Below are positions 51,001-59,729 of a DNA stretch of 64,000 nt, one piece after another; within the stretch, counting starts at the first letter, position 1; each line of letters begins with the position of its first letter. The notes below the pieces were generated by a model, which ran no database searches, was not told the origin of the DNA, and worked only from the letters and a program-made list of their open reading frames with translations. The position numbers were made by a program, and so were the translations under genes. This stretch comes from an uncultured Planctomycetota bacterium (GTDB taxonomy: Bacteria > Planctomycetota > Planctomycetia > Isosphaerales > Isosphaeraceae): the NCBI GenBank assembly GCA_963823665.1, contig CAWGMQ010000008.1, positions 288,001 through 352,000 of the forward strand, given 5' to 3'.

Positions 51001-54000
51001 CACGACCTACGACGGGCTCGATCGCCCGCTGCTCGTGACCGAGCCGGCCGTGCTGATAACCGACGCTTCCGGAAACTCAGAGTTCGTCAACCCGACGATC
51101 ATTTCTACCTATGACGGCGTGAACTTGCTGAGCCAGATTGATGCGAACGGTAACAAGACGGTCTTCGGCTACGATGCCGATAACCGCGTTATCGAAACGC
51201 AAGAATACGACGAATCCGAAGCGCTCCAGGCCACGACCGTTGACGTGTACAACGATGCCAAGAACCAGGTTGTCGAGGAAGGCCCGCGGACCGACGCCGG
51301 TGCCCTGATCGACACTATCACGCAGAACGATTCCCTGGGCCGCGTGATTTCCCAGTCCGTCGAAAACCTGTCTCTGTCCAGCGAGTACGGCACCAGCGTG
51401 GTTACGCTGGTCCAGAACCAGTACGACGGCGACGGCAACCTGATCGCGACCACCGACGCCGACAACAACGAGACCACCTACACCTATGACGGCGCCAACC
51501 GGCAGATCAGCATGACCGTGGCCGCCAATACCCCCTCGGTCGCTGCCACCACGAACTACGCTTACGATGCGGCCGGCGATTTGATCGCGGTTCAGGGGCC
51601 GCGCATCCACGCCGCGCCGACGCAGCCCTTCCCGCAAGATCCCAACAACCCAGTTCCCACCGAGTTCATCAACTATTTCGACGCTTACTACACCTACGAC
51701 GCCATGCACCGCCAGGTCACCGAAACCGACGGCGCGGGCGACACCACCTATCAAACCTACGACGGCGACAATAACGTCGTCAGCACAAAGACTCCAGATG
51801 GCAACATCACGACCTACACCTACGACGAGTTAGACACGCTGACCTCAGTGAACGAAAGCGCGGAAGGCGGCGGAATCACTTACTACGTTTACGACGCGAA
51901 TCGCAACAAGATCGCCCAGCAGGACGCCAACGGAAACCTGGTCACTTACAAGTACGACGCCTTGAACCGGCTCACGGACACCTACCAGTTCTTGACCCCG
52001 GGCTTTTTGCACGGCACGCTGGAGGGTTCCTCGCTCTCCGCGAGCGAGCTTTATCCGTCGAATCCATCGCCCACCTTGGTGATCCACTGGCAGTATGGCT
52101 ACGATGCCGACGGCAACCAGACCCTGGTCATCGACCCCAAGGGCCAGCAAACCCACATGGCCTATGACTTCCGCGACCGCCTGGTCTCGGTAGCCTACAC
52201 CAATGCCGCGGATCCCAGCCTCGCTTACCAACCGCTTTCGATCACGTACCAGTACGATCTGGACGACAACCTGACGCAGGCCACGGAAACGGAGACCGGC
52301 CCGTCCACCGCGGACATCACCGAGCAATACGTCTACGCCTACGATGCGCTCGACCGTCTGACCCAAACCACCCGGCACGACGACCTCGGTGCCAGCGATG
52401 ACATCGTGACCTACATCGGCTACACCTACGATGAGCAAGGCAACCTCAAGAGCGAGACAGTCCCGGCCGCCAACAATCCGCTGCCGACGGGCCCGCCGAT
52501 GCCCAGTACGATCACGACCACCTACGATTACGATGCCCAGAACCGCCTGACGGCGGTACACACGGGGTCGGGCACGACGAGCTACGCGTACTTCCCCGAC
52601 GGCCTGGTCGCCTCGATCCAGTACCCCAACGGCGTCGTCGCCGATTCGAGCTACGCCAATTCGTATGACGCCGCAGGCCGGTTGACCCTGCTGGTGAACC
52701 ACACCGGGCCAGCCGGAACGGACCCGTCGACCACGTCCCCGGCCTTCATTTCCAGTTTCCAGTACACCTACGATGCCGACGGCAATCGACTGTCCCAGAT
52801 GGAGGCCCACTCCTGGCCCACCAGCACGACGAACGAGCTGGTGCGCGAGGAAACGACCTACACCTACGACCAACTGGATCGGCTAAGCTCTGTCCAGTAC
52901 GTCAGCCTCCAGAACGGCGTGAGCGCCGGCCTGTCTTACACCTATGACGAGAACGGCAATCGCCTGAGCGAAACCGGGTTCGACCCCAGCAACCCGTCTC
53001 AGCCGGTCAACCTGACGTACGCCTACAACCGACTCAATGAGTTAATGAGCATCACCAATCATGTGGATGCCTCGCAAAGCACGGCGTTCACCTACGACGC
53101 CAACGGCAACCGGACGATGGAGACCATCGGCCAGTTCGACACCGGCACCGACGGCAACGGTAATCCCGTAGTGATGATAGTCGGGAACGCCAGCAGCATG
53201 ACGCCCTACTTCTACAACCTCAACGATGAGCTGGTGAAGACGACCGACGTCGCCAACGGCGGCGTGGTTACGTTCGACTATGACTACACCGGCACGCGCG
53301 ACAAGATGATTGACTCGACGGGCGACACCCGCTACCTCTACGACGGCAGCGGCAATCTGGTGCTGGAATACAACGGCGCAAGCGACGCGACGGTTTTCAG
53401 GTACAACTATGGCCTGGCGCTGGTTTCGAGCGTGGACGCTAGCGCCAGGCGCAATTCTACCTGTTCGATGCGTTGGGCAGCGTATCCGAACTCACCAACC
53501 TGACGGGACAGCTCGTCGCGGAAGGCATGCAGTACGATGCCTGGGGCAACGTGATTCAGTCTTATGCCGGTGGTTCCAGCCCCGTTGGATTCACCGGCCA
53601 GCTTGCTGACACGGATACCGGGCTCGACTACTTCGGGGCTCGCTACTACGACCCAAGCACCGGGACGTTCATCACCCAGGATAGCTACCTTGGTCAATCC
53701 GATACGCCGATAACGTTGAATCGCTATTTGTATGCCGCCGCCAATCCCTTGGCCAATACTGACCCGACGGGACATGCGGACGCACCTCAGAATCCCGCGA
53801 ACTGGGTCGAATCCGACCCTACACCGAGTACTTCACCCAATGCCGCACCGTCGGGACAATTCAACGTTACGGCTGATAATCCCCCGAACTGGGTCGAACT
53901 CGACGCGTCAGCGAATCCCGCACCCGGCGCCACTGGAAACGCGACTGAATCGTCAAACAGTCCTGGGACAGCCGTTGGACAGCCGGTCGCAAGTGCCGCC

Positions 54001-57000
54001 GAGCAGTTGAAGGATGACTTTGGCATCGATGTCAACGATCCCTTCTGGAAGTGGAACCCCAAGCTCCAGGACGCATTGGCTCAGATCCAGCAGACTGCCT
54101 TGGAAAAGAACATCCAAGGTATGGAGTGGTCCGCCGAAAATCTAGATAAATACGGCGGCTTTGGTACCGTACCAGGCCCTTCACTGCTTGCCGTATCGGA
54201 TAGTCCTTCTGGCGGCTCAGGTATGGAACACATGGCCACAGTCGGCGCTGGTTACGCGTATGCGGCCACTGGGGATAAAGATTTCAGTTATGCGGTTGGT
54301 CAAGCCTCACAATTCACGTTTGAAGTTGCCCAGGCCGCCCAGGGCACGGAAGAGGCGCGCTTCGCTAATGAGGCAGTTGGCTCTGCCTCCCCACTGACAT
54401 CCGTAGCGGCAAGTCCTTCACGCGAAGCGGCAAGTATAACGCCCGCAGAGGTTCCAACAGAAAGCGAATTGCACTCCCTGGTCGACATGTTGGAAGGTGC
54501 GCAGAGTGGTGTTCACATTTCCATGCCAGCTTACAGGCCTAATTCTCCGGACAGCAATTTCGCGGTAAGCAATGTTAATGCTGTTGATGCTTTCAAACTC
54601 GTTAGTCAAGAGTATACGACGGTAGGTAAGCCAGGTGGTGATGTCTGGCTATCGCCCGGAGTGGATTTTCCCAGTCAGACAAACGTCGAGGAGGTTCAGC
54701 GTCTAACTGGCAGGGCGCCGAGCATAACGCCGGACTTTAATGCCGCCAGTTACCCCGAAAACGATGATAAATCAGGCGTTGGGATTTATAGAGTGCTAAT
54801 TCCGTATGAGCTCGCGACGCTATCTACGCCGACCGAGGGCACCGCTGTCGATTTCTTGCAGGGCGGAAACACGGCTGTCCGTGGGCAAGACTTTTACTTG
54901 GTGAATCCTACGAGAGAATATACCTCGCCCAGCATTGATGTTGTCCCAGAAATGAGGTTACAACGACTTTCCCCCTCTCCACTCGGAGAATTCGGAGCGC
55001 CACATGGTTGGCAGAATGTCAATTTCAATGTTCCGAATCCTACCACGGTACGGCAAACGGGGTCGGTAATCCAAACTGATGTAGGGAACGAGTCCGGGAG
55101 CGAGATTGATCCTGAGAATCTTGATGACGCTCTTGAGCAGCAAGTGTGGGCTGACAGCCTCGGTACCCAACTGGTCCTCTCTACCAAGATCGAATTTACT
55201 ACGCTACCGGTTGGCGAACTTGGTGAATCCATAATCACCGAGATTAGTCCCGCTGGTCTGCCGACCGCAGGGACGATCCTCCTGAGCGCGAATGCCTTGG
55301 GTCTGGGCTGGTTCTTCGATCCGACGCAACAGGGCAACGCCGAATTCAGCCAGCAGGCCGGCCCGTATTCTTTTCAGGCAACTCCAGGCTCGCCGGCCGC
55401 GGGTAAGTACGATCTGGAAACCGTGCTGCTGCACGAAATCGGCCACTTGCTCGGCATCGATCCGCAAATCCCGGGTTTTGTGGCACACGTCGGCATGGTC
55501 GCCGGGTCCGCAGTGTTCGCCGACGGCGGAGTCTCGGCAACCTTCGTGCCGCAAGCCGATGACCTCGATCCGAACCTGTATCCCAACGACCTGATGAGCC
55601 TCGACCTCGCACCCGGCGAGCGACGTCTTCCTTCGGCGCTGGACGTGCAAATCATCGACGCCGTGCGCAGCACGTCGCTGGCCGAGATCGCCAGCGGGGT
55701 GATCAGCAATGATGCACAGGCAACATCGGGCGCGCCCGGGAGCTCCGCATTTCCAGGATCGTCCCAGCCGGCACGGCTGGGCGCCTGGGACGACGACAAC
55801 ATCATCAACGGCAACTTCGCCATCACGGATCCCACCGTTCCGCAGTTCGGCTGGACCGAACGCGGCTCCGTCACGGTCACGGGCGGCCAGGGAGTGTTAT
55901 CGGAGAACCCGAATGTCTTCAGCGAGCTGGCGCAGAGCTTCACCATCCCTGCCAATGTCACCGCCTTGCGCTTCACGGTGTATTCCCAGTTCAGCGACAA
56001 CCTGATCGGGCCACCCGATGCCTTCGAGGCGGCCCTGCTCAACACGGACACCGGCCAATCGGTGGTCAGCGCGCCGACGGGCTTGACCGACACCGACTCG
56101 TTCTTCAACCTCCAGACCTCCGACCAGACCTTCTTCAGCCCCGAGACGCAGGTGGTCGGCGTTTCGACCTCCGGCGACACGGCAACCCCCGGCTCGCCGC
56201 TGGTCGTCACCGTGAGCCTGGCGGGAGTCGCCACCGGTACCGAGGTCACGCTCGACCTGGACCTGCTCGGCTTCGGCCCGGCCGGTAGCCAAGTCGAAAT
56301 CGCCAACGTGCAATTTCTCGGCCCCCAAGGCAACCACGCTCCGGTCGCCAATCCCGACAGCTACACGACGCAGGAAGGCTCGCCCCTGCAGACCACTGCC
56401 GCGATCGGCGTCCTGGCCAACGACACCGACATGGAGAACGACCCGCTCACGGCCGTGTTGGTGAGCGGCCCGGCCGACGGCACATTGACCCTGAACGCCG
56501 ATGGCTCCTTCCTCTATACGCCGGGCGCCGGTTTTACCGGGACAGACACCTTTTCTTACGAGGCCAGCGATGGCCAGTTGCTCAGCCAACCGGCCACAGT
56601 GAGCATCCTCGTCAACGGGAATCGCAACGGCAAATCGAATCAAACGATCACCTTCGGTTCGCTGGCCGACCAGACCTACGGCGTTGCCCCGATCACCCTG
56701 AGCGCCACGGCGAGCTCAGGCGATCCTGTTTCTTTCAGCGTCATCTCTGGCCCGGCGACTGTCGTGGGCAACCTCCTGACCGTGACGGGCGCGGGGAACG
56801 TCGACGTGGAAGCGTCCCAGGCAGGAGACAGCAATTACAATGCGGCCCCCGTGGTTGATGAATCCTTCACTGTGGCGACGGCGCCGTTGTCCGTTACGAC
56901 CCAGGGCGCCAGCCGGGCGTACGGCACGGCCAACCCGTCGTTCGCCGTCACGTACTCGGGCTTTGTGAACACGGACGGTCCGGCTGCGCTCGGCGGCACG

Positions 57001-58701
57001 CTGACCTTCACCACGGCTGCGAGCGCTTCGACGGGCATCGGCCAGTACGCGGTGACTCCCGGCGGTCTTACGTCCGCCAATTACGCGATTGTGTTCGATT
57101 CCGGCATGCTGACGATCATCCAGGCGATGCTGACCGTCACGGCCACCGGCGTGGACAAGGTCTACGACGGGACCACCGCGGCGGAGGTGACCCTGTCCGA
57201 CAACCGCATCACGGGCGACATCCTCACGGTCAGCTTCGGAAACGCCTCGTTCGCCGACAAGAATGTCGGTACCGCCAAGACCGTCACCGTCAGCGGAATC
57301 ACAATCTCGGGCACGGATGCGGACGATTACGCGCTGCAAGACACCACCTTCACCACAACCGCCAACATCACCCGAGCGCCGCTCACGGTCAGCGCTGCCG
57401 GCGTGAACCGGGTCTACGACGCCAACACCGATGCCACAGTCACCCTTTCGGACAACCACCTCGGCAGCGACTCAGTCAGCGACAGCTACGGTAGCGCCTC
57501 GTTCGCCGACGCGAACGTGGGTACCGGCAAGACCGTGACCGTGACCGGCATCACGATCTCCGGCACGGACGCGGGCAACTACACGCTGCAGAACACCACG
57601 GCCACCACCACGGCCAACATCACCCCGGCGCCGACGACAGTCGGCGTCTCCGCTCCGAGCCCGTCCACGTACGGACAGTCAGTGAGTTTCACGGCCACGG
57701 TCACTTCAAGCGTGTCGGGCACCGTGCCGGCGAATTCCGTCCAGTTCCTGATCGACGGCGTCGACTTTGGGCCAGCCGTCTCGCTTGTCAGCGGCGTGGC
57801 CACCAGCCTTTCGATCGCGACGCTTGGCGCGGCCAGCCACGTGATCACCGCAGACTACCTTGGGGACCTGGACGACTCGCCAAACTCCGGAACCGGCACG
57901 CAGGTCGTGAATCAGGCCCCCTTGTACGTCACGGCCTCGAACTTCGACATCGCCCACGGCGACGTCATCCCGACACTCACGGACACGATCACGGGATTCA
58001 TTTCCGGCGAATCGTCGGGAAACGTCACGATCACCGGCTCGCCCGCCCTCGCCACGACGGCCACGAGCACCAGCCCGGCGGGCCGCTACGCCATCACGGT
58101 GAATTCCACGGGCATGTCCGCTGCAAACTATACTTTCGTGCCCGTGAACGGCACGCTCACCGTCCACCCGAAGGTTCTCGACGTGATCGTGCTATACGGC
58201 TCGCGCTCCATGTCGATCGAGAACCTGACGAGGGACCTCCCCTTCAGCGACATCAGCGCGATCGAGATTCTCTTCAGCGACAACGTCACGGCGACGGGCA
58301 GCTCGGCGACCCTGAAGAGCTCGACCTCGTCCGGTACCTTGTACAACCTGGGCACCTTCGGATACACTTCATCGAGCGACGAAGCGAAATGGACCCTTCC
58401 CTCGGCGCTGGGGATCGACAGGTATCTGTTGAATCTGGACAACACACTTGCGGCGGCCGTGGACCATACCATTAACATCATGGGCACGACGTCGTGGAAC
58501 TTCTCCGTGTTGCCGGGCGATTTCGATGGCGACGGGATCGTCGGAACCGCCGACCTTACCGGCGTCCACAGCCAGATGCCGCAATACCTCGGGACCACTC
58601 AGACGGCTTCGGTGTGGGCAGATATTAACGGAGACGGCGTCGTCGATGTGAACGACTACAACCTGGTCAAGAAATACTTGAACACAAAGCTCCCCCCGTG
58701 A
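17960..58701 (+). CDS. Giant (~13,580 aa) LEPR-XLL/CARDB/Ig/Rhs/dockerin surface protein, split into 6 frames by 5 small indels
   Basis: GGAG RBS at 17951 and ATG at 17960. Junctions at ~18073 (-1), ~21266 (-2), ~37053 (-1), ~39525 (+1) and ~53444 (-1) each fall inside a motif that reads through once corrected. Corrected length is 40746 nt = 13582 codons. Confidence 0.85.
18780..23850 (+). repeat. Tandem 768-bp (256-aa) Gly/Ser/Thr-rich beta-helix-like repeats, 6 full units plus a partial 7th
   Basis: NFSTGSSV marker at 18796, 19564, 20332, 21100, 21866, 22634 and 23402 (spacing 768, once 766). Confidence 0.95.
24170..24840 (+). other. LamG/concanavalin-A-like domain
   Basis: ALTFNGTSDYVQVP, TYEAWIY, GRWYYVAGTF, QIYINGNL, FNGLI...VWN, GLVAYF. 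Confidence 0.85.
25260..25935 (+). other. Two Calx-beta/cadherin-like Ig domains
   Basis: Twice GGTA.FTV.L...P.ANV...L.SSNTSAG..SP..L.FTPQNWN..Q.VTVTGVND. Confidence 0.7.
25945..34320 (+). repeat. About 21 CARDB domains, with near-identical 402-bp units at 27140-29150
   Basis: Repeated (Y)PDLQV...V.W...N.G...W.D...E..E.NN; YPDL at 26738, 27140, 27542, 27944, 28346, 28748 and 29150. Confidence 0.9.
36900..38050 (+). other. NHL-like beta-propeller followed by an SbsA/Big_5-like Ig domain
   Basis: PMAIVVLPDGSVLIS, DMALDAQGNLWAAT, ALAIDPASGLIYVS, SLAFNP; then APRVLAVDPP...ISVSFDQDM. Confidence 0.65.
38392..40990 (+). repeat. About 9 putative Ig (He_PIG/cadherin-like) domains
   Basis: Repeated N.PP...ATDPDGD.L.YS...LP.GA..DP.TG.FTWTP. 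Confidence 0.85.
41575..42330 (+). other. Short, incomplete Rhs N-terminal (DUF6531-like)/YD block
   Basis: ETDLTV...LTRVYDSL...FGFGWSL; RDAAGRITTI, YEYDAQGNL; ends after about 3 repeats. Confidence 0.7.
42734..42898 (+). other. Internal dockerin-like domain
   Basis: Two Ca-loop repeats: GDANQDGDVNGAD ... ADGNRDGVIDAADVQLVAANFG. Confidence 0.85.
44820..46920 (+). other. YVTN/YncE-like beta-propeller with insertions
   Basis: PRDVAITPDDSRAYVT, PYGIAIDPQGNYAYVA, ITVSPDGNQVDVA, PVDLALTP. Confidence 0.75.
47350..53775 (+). other. Full Rhs/YD shell: DUF6531-like start, many YD repeats, Rhs-associated core
   Basis: DVTIPGRGLDLDFTRTYSS...GPLGAGW; dozens of Y.YD..GN/R repeats; YDAWG, GFTGQ..D.DTGLDYFGARYYDPSTGTFITQD...NRYLYAAANPLANTDPTGH. 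Confidence 0.95.
53776..55100 (+). other. Variable, lower-GC toxin-like segment after the Rhs core, in frame with downstream domains
   Basis: Abrupt rise in A/T-ending codons after DPTG; no stop codon; globular-looking region ending FLQGGNTAV...NPTREY. Confidence 0.65.
55100..55670 (+). other. HExxH metallopeptidase-like (matrixin-like) domain
   Basis: GLGWFFDPT...YDLETVLLHEIGHLLG...NDLM...PGERRLPS. Confidence 0.7.
55790..58170 (+). other. C-terminal stalk: jelly-roll-like, Big_9/cadherin-like, MBG, 2x YDG, Big_3-like and MBG domains
   Basis: NHAPVANPDSY..GVLANDTD; SRAYGTANPSF; KVYDGTT and RVYDANT with NVGT.KTVTV; STYGQSVSFTATV. Confidence 0.75.
58516..58698 (+). other. C-terminal dockerin-like domain
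   Basis: GDFDGDGIVGTADL ... ADINGDGVVDVNDYNLVKKYL. Confidence 0.88.
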
Positions 58702-58756
58702 CTTTAGCGGGAGCCGGAACCGCCGCGAGCGTATCTCACAGAGGATCGCCTCGACC

Positions 58757-59464
58757 ATGAGCATGCATACAGAGCATCCCGCATTTTATGGGCAAATGCG
58801 TTCACTTGTCGTCGGAATCGTGATTGCGATTCTCGTTGCCGGGATGTCCGCCCCGCCCGCTTTCGCTGACCTGGTGATCGAAGCGCCGAACGTGATCGCC
58901 TCCGCTGGCGAGACCGCCTCCTTTGACGTCCTGCTCTTGAACAATGGCTCGACCAGCTATCAGATCGCGGGAGACGCGTTCACGCTGACGGTCTCGCCCT
59001 CCGGCGTGACCTTCACCGACGCCACGACGTTGACGACGACCGCTACCTACATCTACCAGGCCTCCTCCGACGTGGACCTGCCCACCACGCTGTACGACTC
59101 GCTCCCAGGCACATCGTTTACCGCAGCCGACACCGTGGACTTGCCGTACTTCTATCAGCAGGTCGATCCGGGCGCCACCTTCGGGCTGGCGCATGTCACC
59201 TTCTCGGTCGACCCGGGCGTTTTACCGGGCTCCGTGTTCCAGCTCACTCTGACTCCCTTCGCCGACTTTCCCGTGGCGCTCAACGATCAGTATGGAAATT
59301 ACCTTCCGTACGACGTCGAGAGCGGATCGATCACAATCGTGGCTGCGGCGGTTCCTGAGCCATCGAGCCTGCTCTTGGCCTGCGCCGGTGCGCTCTCCGT
59401 AACGGTCATCGGCTGGCATCGCACCCGTGCGGGCCGGCTCGAAGCGCAAGTTCGGCCATTTTAG
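58757..59464 (+). CDS. PEP-CTERM surface protein with a cohesin-like domain
   Basis: GAGGA RBS; signal peptide ending AFA; VPEPSS + TM helix + basic tail; mature part follows a cohesin-like strand pattern. Confidence 0.8.
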   Translation: MSMHTEHPAFYGQMRSLVVGIVIAILVAGMSAPPAFADLVIEAPNVIASAGETASFDVLLLNNGSTSYQIAGDAFTLTVSPSGVTFTDATTLTTTATYIYQASSDVDLPTTLYDSLPGTSFTAADTVDLPYFYQQVDPGATFGLAHVTFSVDPGVLPGSVFQLTLTPFADFPVALNDQYGNYLPYDVESGSITIVAAAVPEPSSLLLACAGALSVTVIGWHRTRAGRLEAQVRPF

Positions 59465-59729
59465 ACAGACTGGTCGCAGCAAGAACGACTTTTTAGTACA
59501 ATTCACGATCGCGGTGAGCACCCGAGGTTCTCGACGACGAAGCAATGGGATGCTGTCGTTACTCGGTTTGCCGCAAGAGCGTTCTCGTCTTCCGCTCAAC
59601 TCGTAGCCCCGCGGAAAACGGTGCTGAAGCGAAAATCGTGACGATCAAAGGATCTCGATCGAGCCGCATTCCGATAATGGCGACCTGTAAGCTAACGCCT
59701 GCGAAGCCGGGCGGGCCGGAGCGAGCACG

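Noticed and set aside
17960..53503. Programmed frameshifting or phase variation at the giant-gene junctions
   Set aside because: No long slippery tracts; similar indels hit housekeeping genes; sequencing error is simpler. Not excluded without reads.
47350..53775. T6SS effector interpretation of the Rhs region
   Set aside because: No PAAR, VgrG or chaperone genes or domains; the N-terminus is a LEPR-XLL adhesin type.
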